Shown here one piece after another: positions 23,070-33,463 of a stretch of DNA of 64,000 bases. The notes beneath the pieces are model-generated. The model was not told the origin of the DNA and did not search any database. It saw only the letters and a program-made list of their open reading frames with translations. The translations under genes and the position numbers were made by a program. The stretch comes from Planctomycetota bacterium (GTDB lineage: Bacteria > Planctomycetota > UBA1135 > UBA2386): NCBI GenBank assembly GCA_046290465.1, contig JBKAGP010000001.1, forward strand, positions 4,160,001 to 4,224,000, in the 5' to 3' direction. Every line of letters starts with the position of its first letter. Within the stretch, counting starts at the first letter, position 1.

Positions 23070-23376
23070 CCGTACGGTACGCGGTTCATCCTCCAACTTT
23101 CGAAGCGGAGGAGGGACCCGACGAAGCGACCCGACGCCACCGCGCGTCTCCGCTCCCGCCTTCGGCTGCTCCTCCCGGGAACGCGCGAACCGTCGCGTTC
23201 CGCGGCTCGATGCCAGCCGCCCGAGGCCCGCCGCCCGCGGCTCCAGGTCCGCCGCTCAAGGCCCGAGGCCCACGAAGGTTGCAGGATGAACCGCGTACCG
23301 TACGGCAACTCACGGCGTAGCGCGTCGTTCGCGGGTGCCCTCCGAAAGTTGGAGGTCGAACCGCGTACCGTACGGC
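23069..23376. repeat. Three ~34-bp repeats, one direct and two inverted (MITE/REP-like)
   Basis: GCCGTACGGTACGCGGTTCATCCTCCAACTTTCG at 23069-23102; reverse-complement copies at 23273-23306 and 23343-23376, each with 2 mismatches. Confidence 0.9.
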
Positions 23377-23379
23377 AAA

Positions 23380-23505
23380 TCAGTCGGTGAGGATGGTGAG
23401 GAGGACCTCGAGGACGTCGGGGTGGAGCGTCGTGGCCGGGCGCGCGAACGGGTCGATCGCGCCCCAGGGGTCGATCTCACAGTCGGCGTCGGGGAGCAGG
23501 AGCAT
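23380..23505 (-). CDS. Putative 41-aa acidic small protein
   Basis: ATG to TGA, MLLLPDADCEIDPWGAIDPFARPATTLHPDVLEVLLTILTD; almost all codons end in G/C. Confidence 0.5.
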   Translation of the reverse strand: MLLLPDADCEIDPWGAIDPFARPATTLHPDVLEVLLTILTD

Positions 23506-23711
23506 GGCGGGGGCTTGGAGCAATCGTCGTGCCACCGGGATTCGCCACGATCCGCCCGGGGGATCCCCGGAGAACGGTCGGCGGGTGACACCATCCCGAC
23601 AAGGCGCTGTCGGGGCACCGGCGTCACGAGCTTTTTCTCGCCACGGATCTGGCGGATCGGGCCGCGGCTTCCCCTCAGGGGGACGTGATCCCAAACTGTC
23701 AGACCTGTGCC

Positions 23712-24320
23712 GTGAGCGAGCCGACCGAAAGCCCCACGCTGGCGCGACTTCGCGCCGCCAAGTCCGGTGATCTGGACGCCTACGACGAGCTGTTCGCCAA
23801 CACCGTCGACCGGCTGCAGCTGTTCTTGCGGGTGCGGCTCGGCCAGGGTCTGCGCCTCGCCGAGGAGTCGGCCGACCTGCTGCAGGAGACCTACCTCGCC
23901 GCGCACCAGGCGTTCGCCAACTTCGAGATCCCGGCGACCGGCGACCCAGAACGCGCGTTCTTCGGCTGGCTCTGCACCATCGCCGAGAACTGCATCCGCC
24001 GCCGCGCCGACCACCACGGCGCGCAGAAGCGTCGCCCCAAGGGCAAGCTGCAGCGCATCAGCCGGATCATGGAGGGCGTCTCGGCGGGCTCGCTCGGCCC
24101 CGCCACCCGCGCCGAACGCCTCGACCAACGCCATCGCCTCGCGCAGGCGATGCTGCAGCTCGAAGACGGTCCGCGCCAGCTACTCGTGCTGCACCACTTC
24201 GAGAACCTGAGCGGCGCCGAGATCGCGCGCCGCACCCAGCGCAGCGAGAGCTCGGTGCGCCGCGACCTCGCCGCAGCCGTCCGCCAGCTCGGCGCCGCGC
24301 TGAAGGAGGTCGACGCGTGA
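23712..24320 (+). CDS. ECF sigma factor (Planctomycete kinase-associated type)
   Basis: GDLDAYDELF, SADLLQETYLAAHQAF...FFGWLCTIAEN, region 4 LSGAEIARR. Start 23712 or 23685; GTGA-coupled to the kinase. Confidence 0.88.
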   Translation: MSEPTESPTLARLRAAKSGDLDAYDELFANTVDRLQLFLRVRLGQGLRLAEESADLLQETYLAAHQAFANFEIPATGDPERAFFGWLCTIAENCIRRRADHHGAQKRRPKGKLQRISRIMEGVSAGSLGPATRAERLDQRHRLAQAMLQLEDGPRQLLVLHHFENLSGAEIARRTQRSESSVRRDLAAAVRQLGAALKEVDA

Positions 24321-26677
24321 GCACTCCGATCGAAGACGTCGTCGACGCGATCCGGGGGCAGCTGCTGCCCGAGCCCCCCGGCCCCGACGACTCGAAGCAC
24401 CTCGCCGCCCGCCTCGACGCCGACCCCGCCGTCGTCGCCGACTGCGTGCGCGGCCTGCGCGCGCTGCAGTTCGCGCTCGACGAGGACGAACAGCGCGCCG
24501 GCGCCGACGACCTCGCGCCGCCAAAGCTGCCCGACGACTACGAGGTGCGCGACGAACTCGGCCGCGGCGGCATGGGCGTCGTCTACCGCGCCTGGCAGAC
24601 GTCGCTGCAGCGCGAACTGGCCGTCAAGGTCCTGCGACCCGGCGAGCTGGTGTTCGGCGCCGCGATGAACCGCTTCCGTCGCGAGGCGCAGCGGCTCGCC
24701 AACCTGCGCCACCCGCACATCGTCTCGGTGCACGAGGTCGGCGAGGCCGACGGCCACGTCTACTTCACGATGGACCTCGTCGACGGCGGCACCATGCGCG
24801 AACTGCTGCAGCGCCGCCGCATGAACGTCACCCAGTCCGTGCGCCTGATGCTGCAGGTCTGCGAGGCGATCTCGTACGCACACGGCCAGGGCGTCGTGCA
24901 CCGCGACCTCAAGCCGGCCAACATCCTGATCGCCGAGAAGGAGGCCGGCCAGCTCGACGCGTTCGTGGTCGACTTCGGCCTGGCGCGCGACCTCAACACC
25001 GCCGGCGGCTACACGCTGACCGGCCAGGTGATCGGTACACCCGGCTACATGAGCCCCGAACAGGCGCTCGGCCAGACCGACCGCATCGGCGAACGCAGCG
25101 ACGTCTACGCGCTCGGCGTGATGCTCTACGAGTGCCTGACGCGCAAGGCGCCGTTCGCCGACCGCGCGCTGGTGCACACGCTGCAGGCCATCGTCGACGA
25201 ACAGCCGCAGCCCGCGCACGAGGCCAACCGCAACGTCCCGATCGAGCTCAGCGTCATCTGCCAGAAGGCGATGGCCAAGAAGCCGACGCAGCGGTTCGCG
25301 ACCGTGCAGGCGATGATCGAAGAACTGCGCCGCTTCACGTCGGGCGAGCCGATCCGGACGCCGCGGCCGACCGCGCTCGGCAACGCCGGCCAGTTCGTGC
25401 GACGCCACGCGCGCAAGGTGCTGTGGACCGTGCCGCTGCTGCTCGTGTGGGCGTGGCTGCAGAGCAACCACCACGCCGAACGCAACGCGCTGATCGCGCA
25501 GGGCAATGCGCTGTTCGAGCAGGGCAACTACACCGGCGCCGCGGCGTGCTTCGACAAGGGCACGTCGTTCGGCCACGAACTTCCCGACGACCCGCTGACC
25601 TGCATCCGCTACGCGTCGTCGCTGACCCAGGTCGCCGGCCAGCGCTACACCCGCCGGTTCGACATCAACGACGGCTACGACCAGATGCTGCACGCGAGCC
25701 TGCGGGCCGCGCGCGTCGTGCAACGATGGGCGGCGCCGTTCGTCGACGGCGATCGGGTCGACACCGTCATCCCCGCCGAACCGTCGCTGGAGCAACGCGC
25801 GCTGATCGAATGGGTGCGTGCCAAGGCGTGGACCAGCTCGGTCGTGCTCACCCAACCCCAACACAGCGACGCCTGGCTGTGGCCCGATCCGCAGGGCGTG
25901 CGCCACGCGAGCTGGCCGCTGCTGTTCCGACAGCACGCGATGAACCCGGTGCTGCACCAGAACCCCGAACTGGCGCGCGGCCTGGTGCTCGAAGCGTTTG
26001 CCAAGGCCGAGTGGGGCAACGATGCGTATCAAGACCTCGAGAAGCGCGCGCGGTGGCCGGTGCCGATGTTCTCGACCACCGATCGCGCGTTCGAACAGCA
26101 GCTCGTCGACTACGTGCGCACCGAGTCGCCGCTCGGCCGCACTGCGTCGCTGCTGCTGCAGCGTGCTTCGTGCGTGCCGCTGGTCGGCCTCGAGGTCCGC
26201 CGCGACTTCAAGAACATGCGCCGCTGGCTCGACGCCCACGCCGACCGCTGGGAACGCCTCGATCGCATGGACCCGCTCGAGCGCCGGGTCGCGCTCGTGC
26301 AGTTGCTCGCCGACTACCAGGAGGCGCCGCCGCGCGGCTCGCCATACCTGAGCAACCGCCTGAAGCGGTTCTTCCACGACGCGACCGGCAAGGAGCTGGT
26401 CCCGCGCGTCGGTGGTCCGGATCCGATGCCCGCGGGCGACGACCCGCGCGTCTGGATCCTCGACGCCGTCGGCTGGCAGGTGCATCCGGACTCGCTCGAC
26501 CCCCGCCAGACGCTGCGCCAGTGGCGGCGCGAGCGCGAACGGATCGCCGCCGGTCAGCAGGACCGCGGCCGCGACGGCCACTACGCGTCGCTGCTCGACC
26601 TGCTGGTGCCGCGCGACGTCACCCGGCCGCTCGCCGCCGACATCGACGCGTGGGCCGCGGTGATCGCGTCGCTGTAG
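24317..26677 (+). CDS. Membrane Ser/Thr protein kinase
   Basis: GRGGMGVVY, AVK, HRDLKPAN, DFG, GTPGYMSPEQ; TM segment, then uncharacterised C-terminal region. Confidence 0.93.
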   Translation: MSTPIEDVVDAIRGQLLPEPPGPDDSKHLAARLDADPAVVADCVRGLRALQFALDEDEQRAGADDLAPPKLPDDYEVRDELGRGGMGVVYRAWQTSLQRELAVKVLRPGELVFGAAMNRFRREAQRLANLRHPHIVSVHEVGEADGHVYFTMDLVDGGTMRELLQRRRMNVTQSVRLMLQVCEAISYAHGQGVVHRDLKPANILIAEKEAGQLDAFVVDFGLARDLNTAGGYTLTGQVIGTPGYMSPEQALGQTDRIGERSDVYALGVMLYECLTRKAPFADRALVHTLQAIVDEQPQPAHEANRNVPIELSVICQKAMAKKPTQRFATVQAMIEELRRFTSGEPIRTPRPTALGNAGQFVRRHARKVLWTVPLLLVWAWLQSNHHAERNALIAQGNALFEQGNYTGAAACFDKGTSFGHELPDDPLTCIRYASSLTQVAGQRYTRRFDINDGYDQMLHASLRAARVVQRWAAPFVDGDRVDTVIPAEPSLEQRALIEWVRAKAWTSSVVLTQPQHSDAWLWPDPQGVRHASWPLLFRQHAMNPVLHQNPELARGLVLEAFAKAEWGNDAYQDLEKRARWPVPMFSTTDRAFEQQLVDYVRTESPLGRTASLLLQRASCVPLVGLEVRRDFKNMRRWLDAHADRWERLDRMDPLERRVALVQLLADYQEAPPRGSPYLSNRLKRFFHDATGKELVPRVGGPDPMPAGDDPRVWILDAVGWQVHPDSLDPRQTLRQWRRERERIAAGQQDRGRDGHYASLLDLLVPRDVTRPLAADIDAWAAVIASL

Positions 26678-26692
26678 GCCGGCCCCGCGAAT

Positions 26693-26852
26693 CGGACCGA
26701 GCACGTGGTCCGTACAGAGAACGAGAAGGCTGCGCCCGGCGGTCGTTCCAAAGAGGTCGAGAAGGTGTTCCGGCGCAGCCTTCTCACCTCCAACTACGCC
26801 GGCAGGTCGTCGATGTTGCGAAACGGCGCGAAGTTTTCGCAGCCGTTTCGCA
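26693..26852. other. Cluster of hairpins between the convergent kinase and rtcB (terminator and/or structured RNA)
   Basis: CGGACC/GGTCCG (26693-26712); perfect 14-bp IR GAGAAGGCTGCGCC (26723-26736, 26772-26785); TGCGAAACGGC/GCCGTTTCGCA (26817-26852). Confidence 0.6.
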
Positions 26853-26940
26853 GCCGTTTCCCAGGTGTTCCATGGGGGCCGAACCCGACGGCCCGACGCG
26901 CGGTCAGGCCCCGCGAACGAAGCGCCGGTTCCGCGCGTGT

Positions 26941-28026
26941 TCAGCCGCCCTTGTAAGACAGCACCGGTGCCAGGGTGCGCACGATGCGCACCAGCTCCCG
27001 CTGCGCACGCATCACCTTGCCGATGTCCCGGTAGGCCCGAGGCGCCTCGTCGCAGAGCCTGCGCGCCAGCGATCGGTCGAAGGCGACGCCGTGCAGCTGC
27101 CGTTCGAGCTGCTGCGGCGAGATCCGGCGCATCGCCTCCCCACGCGGCAGGCGACGCCCCGCCCCGTGCGAGCTGGACCGCAACGCCGCCGCGCAGCCGC
27201 GACCTTCGACGTGGAACGTCGCGGTGCCCATCGAACCCGGGATGATGCCGCGCTCGCCTGCGTCGGCCGAGCATGCGCCCTTGCGATGGACCATCAGGGA
27301 CTCCCCGTCGTGCACTTCGTGACGCACGAAGTTGTGGGTCACGTCGAACCAGGTCGACCAGTAGAGCTCGACGCCGAACCGCTCGCGCAACCGCTGCTCG
27401 ACGGCCACCGCCATCGCCCGCCGGCTCGCCTGCGCAAATCCGACCGCGAGGTCGTGGTCGCGCAGGTAGCCTGCGGCCTCGCCACCGCGCAGGTCGACCA
27501 GCCCGCGCCGGCCGCGCAGATGGTGGTCCCGGATCGCCGGCCCCAGCGCTCGCGAACCGCTGTGCACCGCCAGCCACAGCTCGCCGCATTCGTCGGCCTG
27601 CAGCTCGACGAAGTGGTTGCCACGCCCGAGCGTCGCAAACTGCACCCGCGCATCGCGCACGACCCGGCGCCGCAAGCCGGCGTCGAGCCGTTCTACGTCC
27701 GGCGCATCGCGCGCCCGGGCATGGCGCACGATCGGCACGGCGTGCTTCAGGTCTCCGAGTACCGCCTCGGCAGCCGGAGCGTCCAGCAGGCCGACGTCCG
27801 CACCGATGCGGGCCGTCGCCATGCCGCAGCCGATGTCGCCACCGACCGCCTGCGGGTAGACGATGGCATCGGTCGCGAGCACGGTGCCGACGCAGACGTC
27901 GCGCGACAGGTGCACGTCGGGCATGACCGCAACGCGCCGCACGCCCGGCGCCTCGGCCAGACGTTGCAGCGCGCGCTCGACCTGACGATCGAGCGGCTCG
28001 CTGAGCCAGCTGCGGATCTCGGTCAT
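26941..28026 (-). CDS. rtcB: RtcB-family RNA ligase
   Basis: MPDVH, GDIGCGM, TLGRGNHFVE, VHSGSR, HN, HRKGA, IIPGSMG, SSHGAGR, DEAP, YKG; GGAGGTGA SD. Confidence 0.95.
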   Translation of the reverse strand: MTEIRSWLSEPLDRQVERALQRLAEAPGVRRVAVMPDVHLSRDVCVGTVLATDAIVYPQAVGGDIGCGMATARIGADVGLLDAPAAEAVLGDLKHAVPIVRHARARDAPDVERLDAGLRRRVVRDARVQFATLGRGNHFVELQADECGELWLAVHSGSRALGPAIRDHHLRGRRGLVDLRGGEAAGYLRDHDLAVGFAQASRRAMAVAVEQRLRERFGVELYWSTWFDVTHNFVRHEVHDGESLMVHRKGACSADAGERGIIPGSMGTATFHVEGRGCAAALRSSSHGAGRRLPRGEAMRRISPQQLERQLHGVAFDRSLARRLCDEAPRAYRDIGKVMRAQRELVRIVRTLAPVLSYKGG

Positions 28027-28367
28027 GCGTCACCTCCCTCGGGAACGATCGTGAACGACAGTTGCGGCGCCTTGCCGCGGTGGATCTCCGCGGCGACGGC
28101 ACTTCGCAAGAACCCACGGGCCCGGTCGAGCGCGTCGAGCGCAGCGACCAGTCCGTGACGACAAGGGTCGACGAATCCGACCAGCAGGTGGCGATCGCCA
28201 CCGATGGCCTCGACGAACTCGACCCGCAGGTCGAGCAGCAACGGATCCGACGTCTCGCCCAGCGCGAACGCCAACGCGTCCTTCACCTGGGCACACAGTT
28301 GGAGGGTCTTCTGTACGGACCGCCCCCCGCGGTCATGAGCATCTGGCATCTGCAAGTCGGGACGCAC
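28023..28367 (-). CDS. RbfA-like (ribosome-binding factor A fold) paralog
   Basis: About 114 aa; LDALDRARGFLRSAVAAEIHRGKAPQLSF resembles the RbfA C-terminal GFLR...P.L.F pattern; ATGA overlap with rtcB. Start uncertain. Confidence 0.75.
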   Translation of the reverse strand: MRPDLQMPDAHDRGGRSVQKTLQLCAQVKDALAFALGETSDPLLLDLRVEFVEAIGGDRHLLVGFVDPCRHGLVAALDALDRARGFLRSAVAAEIHRGKAPQLSFTIVPEGGDA

Positions 28368-28414
28368 CGGTAGCGCGTCGAACAGGGTCCGGGATAGCGA
28401 ACGGGTCGACTTCA

Positions 28415-28500
28415 GCCCCGGCAGGCGCGCGGACTCAGATCAGTCCAGCGCAGACCGGGGCGCGTACACAGCTGTGCAGATGCTTCGCATGGTTGGCTCC
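28415..28500 (-). promoter_or_regulatory. Leader ORF (28440-28490, MRSICTAVYAPRSALD) whose stop lies in an attenuator-like hairpin
   Basis: GGAG SD before ATG 28490; mRNA stem GCCCCGG/CCGGGGC, GCGC/GCGC, GGACU/AGUCC with the UGA at the apex; in frame with the rbfA-like gene. Confidence 0.6.
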
Positions 28501-28561
28501 AGTGGGGTGGGGACGGTAGCCCGCCTTTTCCGATGCGCAACCCCCTCGCTACGATGGCCGC

Positions 28562-30280
28562 ATGCAGGGAACCACCAGGAGAGCGATCGTGTCCGCCTGC
28601 GCGTGGGCCGCCCTCGCGACGTCCGCGACGGCGCAGGAAGCCACGCGATGGCTGCGGGACGTCGGCGCTGCCGACCTGCGCGTCAGCGAGGCCGCCGAAC
28701 GCAAGCTCGTCGCGATGGGCGCCAAGGCGGTGCCGTTCGTCGAACGCGCGATGGACGAGTGGGACGACCAGAAGGGCGAGGGCTACAACCGCTGCGCGGC
28801 GCTGCTCCGCGTGATCCGGCTGCTCGGCCCGGACGCGGCAGGGCTGTCGTCACGGCTGAGGCAGGTCGGGGCCGACTCGGGCAACCTCGGTCCCGAGATC
28901 TACCACGTGCTGGCCGGGCTCGAGCCGTTTGCCGGGGACAAGAACTGGCACGAGATGATGCACTTCCTGCATCACCAGGACCCGGAGCGGGTCAAGCAAG
29001 GCTTCGTCGGCTACATCCGCATGTATGCGCGCGTGCACTGCGGCGACGTCACCGACGCCGACCGGATGATCCAGGTGCTGCGCGAGGACAAGTCCGGCGC
29101 GCGCGAAGCGGCGGCCGAGGCGCTCGGACGGCTGCGCCATCCGCGCACGGTCGAACTGCTGCACGCGCGCCTGCGGCAGCGCACGCCGGCGGTCGACGCC
29201 GACCAGTTGACGCACAACGGCTTTCCGGTGCCGTTCGACGACGAGTTCGCGTTCCGCGCCAGCGAGGTGATGATCCAGCTCGCGCCCAACGACGAGCGGT
29301 GCGTGATCGCCTACGCCAACCGCGCGCTGCACCATCCGCACGCGACGGCGCGCCGGGAGGCGCTCAACCGGCTGGCGGCGTTCGGGCCGATGGCGGCGGA
29401 GGCGACGCCGGAGCTGATGCGGATCGCCGAGGGCGACGACGATGCCCTCGCGATCGAGGCGCTCAAGGTGCTCGGCATGGCCGGCAAGGCGGTCGCTCCG
29501 TTCGCCGTGCGGGTGCAGGCGATGACCCGCAGCGAGACCAAGGTCCGCGCCCGGCTCGCGGACGGCCTGATCGCGCGGCTGCGGGCGATGGGGGTCGAGG
29601 TCGCGGACGCCGTCGACGACGGCCCCGACGAGGGTCTCGCCGCGCTGCGCAAGACGATCGAGGCGCTCGACGACGACGCGACACCGGCGATTCGCAAGGA
29701 GGTGCTCGCGGACCAACGCAGCTGGGCGCTGCTGGTCGATCGCTACCGACGCAAGCGCCACGACGCGCCCGACGTCGTGTTCGAACTGCTGATGGACCTG
29801 GCCTGGCAACAGCCGAAGGAGCAGCGCGACCTGGTCCGCCATGCCGTCGCGACCCTCGGCGGCGACCACTGGAGCGCGTCGGTGATGTCGAGCACGTCGC
29901 ACGGCAACCAGAAGACGCGCGCGATCCACCGACGCACCTACGCGCACCTGTCGGTCGACCCCGAGGCCGACCTCGGTGCGCTCGTCGGTCTGCTCGACGC
30001 CAAGAACGCGCCGGTGCGGCTACGCGCCGTCGAACTGCTGTCGGCGCGGCGCGCCGAGTGGGCGGTCGGCAAGCCCGAGCACGAACGCGTGCAGACGGCC
30101 CTGCGGGCAGCCACGCTGGCCAAGGCACCCAAGCAGAGCGTGTACGAGCTGTCGGCCAACCACAACACCTCGCTCGACGGAACCGACCTGACCGACGAGA
30201 TCCAGGCGGCCGCCAAGGCGGCACTGGCGCCGGCGGACGACGGAAGCATCGACAAACGAAAGCCGCGAGGACCGACCTAG
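28562..30280 (+). CDS. Secreted HEAT/PBS-lyase repeat protein
   Basis: Signal peptide ending ATA-Q; repeats such as AREAAAEALGRL, ARREALNRLAAFG, VRLRAVELL. Confidence 0.75.
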   Translation: MQGTTRRAIVSACAWAALATSATAQEATRWLRDVGAADLRVSEAAERKLVAMGAKAVPFVERAMDEWDDQKGEGYNRCAALLRVIRLLGPDAAGLSSRLRQVGADSGNLGPEIYHVLAGLEPFAGDKNWHEMMHFLHHQDPERVKQGFVGYIRMYARVHCGDVTDADRMIQVLREDKSGAREAAAEALGRLRHPRTVELLHARLRQRTPAVDADQLTHNGFPVPFDDEFAFRASEVMIQLAPNDERCVIAYANRALHHPHATARREALNRLAAFGPMAAEATPELMRIAEGDDDALAIEALKVLGMAGKAVAPFAVRVQAMTRSETKVRARLADGLIARLRAMGVEVADAVDDGPDEGLAALRKTIEALDDDATPAIRKEVLADQRSWALLVDRYRRKRHDAPDVVFELLMDLAWQQPKEQRDLVRHAVATLGGDHWSASVMSSTSHGNQKTRAIHRRTYAHLSVDPEADLGALVGLLDAKNAPVRLRAVELLSARRAEWAVGKPEHERVQTALRAATLAKAPKQSVYELSANHNTSLDGTDLTDEIQAAAKAALAPADDGSIDKRKPRGPT

Positions 30281-30435
30281 ATCCCGACGCGCACCAGAAC
30301 CGCGCAGCGAAGCGGAGCTCATGGTTGGGGCTGTTCTCGGTGGGAGGGCTGGCGACCGCTCGGCGCGGATGCTACCACCAGGACGCCCGCTCGGGCAGGC
30401 CCGCCGCGTCGCTGCGCGGCGGGGCGCTCCGCCGG

Positions 30436-31842
<1,407 letters not shown>

Positions 31843-31843
31843 G

Positions 31844-32128
31844 TTACTTCTTCTCCTTCTTCTTGAACGAGCCGAGCATGCGGTCCGTGACCATGTAGCC
31901 GCCGATCACGTTGACCATCGCGAGCGTGATCGCGAGGAACGCGACCGCCTGCACCAGGAAGCCCTCACCGCGCGACGCGTAGATCGCGCCGACGATGGTG
32001 ATGCCCGAGATCGCGTTGGAGCCGCTCATCAGCGGCGTGTGCAGCGTCGGGGGCACCTTCGTGATCAGCTCGAAGCCCAGCAGGGCCGCGATCACGAAGA
32101 TGAAGATGATGGTGAAGTACTGTTCCAT
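31844..32128 (-). CDS. pntAB: NAD(P) transhydrogenase alpha, membrane part
   Basis: VPPTLHTPLMSGSNAISG, NVIGGYMVTDRML. Confidence 0.95.
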   Translation of the reverse strand: MEQYFTIIFIFVIAALLGFELITKVPPTLHTPLMSGSNAISGITIVGAIYASRGEGFLVQAVAFLAITLAMVNVIGGYMVTDRMLGSFKKKEKK

Positions 32129-32131
32129 CGA

Positions 32132-33262
32132 TCAGCTCTCCAGGGCCTTGGCAGTGGGTTCGTGACGAACGGCGCCATCGTGCACGATGCTGACCGCACC
32201 GAGGATCTCGCCCTCGATGTCGAACGTCATCGTGCCTTCCTTGTCGATGAACTCGCCGAGGAACGCAATCACGTTGCGCGCATACATGCGCGACGCGTCG
32301 TTGGCGACCTGCGCCGGCAGGTTGGTGTCGCCGATGATCGTGACGCCGTCGACGACGACCGTCTCGTCCGGCTTGCTGCCGACGACGTTGCCGCCCTGGC
32401 CGGCCGCCATGTCGACGATCACCGAGCCCGGCGCCATCGCCTTGCGCATCTCCTCGGTCACCAGCACCGGCGCCTTCCTGCCCGGCACCAGCGCGGTCGT
32501 GATCAGCACGTCCGACGACGAGATGTGCTTGGTCAGGATCTCGCGCTGCTTCTTGAGGAACTCCTCGCCGGCCTCCTTGGCGTAGCCGCCGGAGGTCTCG
32601 GCGTCCGGCGGCGAGCCGGTGTCGACGAACTTGCCGCCGAGCGACTCGACCTGCTCCTTGACCGCGGGGCGGATGTCGTTGGCCTCGACCACCGCGCCGA
32701 GCTTCTTGGCGATCGAGATCGCCTGCAGGCCGGCGACGCCGGCGCCGAGCACCAGCACCTTGGCGGGCGTGATGGTGCCGGCAGCCGTCATCATCAGCGG
32801 GAACATCTGCGGCAGGTTGACCGCCGCCAGCAGCACCGCCTGGTAGCCGCCGCAGCTCGCCTGCGAGCTGAGGATGTCCATCTTCTGCGCGCGGGTGATG
32901 CGCGGCATGAACTCGAGGCCGATCGCGGTCACCTTCGCGTCGCGCAGCGCCTTGATCGAGTCGAGTGCGTTGCCCGGCGTCAGCGTGCAGACCAGCAGCG
33001 ATCCGGCCTTCTGCTGCGAACACAGCTCCGGCGTCGGGATCTGGATACCGAGCACGATGTCGGCCGAACCGCGAGCGGCGGCGTCGACCAAAGTCGCGCC
33101 CGCCTCCTCGAAGTCCTTGTCGGAGAAGCCTGCCGCGAGGCCAGCGCCTCGCTCTACCTGCACGGTCAGGGACAGCTTCTGCATGCCCTTGACGGTCTCG
33201 GGAATCGCAGCGACGCGCGTCTCGCCCGCCGCCGATTCCTTCGGCACGAAGATCACAACCAT
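32132..33262 (-). CDS. pntAA: NAD(P) transhydrogenase alpha, NAD(H)-binding part
   Basis: PKE...ETRVA, PRITRAQKMDILSSQ, GAGVAGLQAI, TTALVPGRKAP. Confidence 0.95.
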   Translation of the reverse strand: MVVIFVPKESAAGETRVAAIPETVKGMQKLSLTVQVERGAGLAAGFSDKDFEEAGATLVDAAARGSADIVLGIQIPTPELCSQQKAGSLLVCTLTPGNALDSIKALRDAKVTAIGLEFMPRITRAQKMDILSSQASCGGYQAVLLAAVNLPQMFPLMMTAAGTITPAKVLVLGAGVAGLQAISIAKKLGAVVEANDIRPAVKEQVESLGGKFVDTGSPPDAETSGGYAKEAGEEFLKKQREILTKHISSSDVLITTALVPGRKAPVLVTEEMRKAMAPGSVIVDMAAGQGGNVVGSKPDETVVVDGVTIIGDTNLPAQVANDASRMYARNVIAFLGEFIDKEGTMTFDIEGEILGAVSIVHDGAVRHEPTAKALES

Positions 33263-33463
33263 AGGGGTCCTTGCCTCGGTCCTTTCGCGGATGAAGTGCG
33301 ACAAGAGAAACAGAACCCGCCGCCGCGCGCCACGTGTTCCTACGGTGCCGCATCAATTCCGAACGCGACGCGCGTCGCCGGCCGAGGCACGCCCAGCGCC
33401 GCGCCGAATCCGTTGCGTTTTGTTACGGCACCGCACGAACACGAACGGCTAGTCTGGGCGCCC

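Noticed and set aside
23069..23376. CRISPR array or autonomous IS
   Set aside because: Copies are in mixed orientation, no cas genes nearby, and no transposase ORF fits.
28440..28442. Selenocysteine codon
   Set aside because: The hairpin encloses the UGA rather than following it like a bacterial SECIS; no redox motif, and the RbfA fold has no known Sec.
30300..30419. 11-bp inverted repeat between the convergent HEAT gene and pntB
   Set aside because: Short, GC-rich and widely spaced with no U-tract; compatible with chance.
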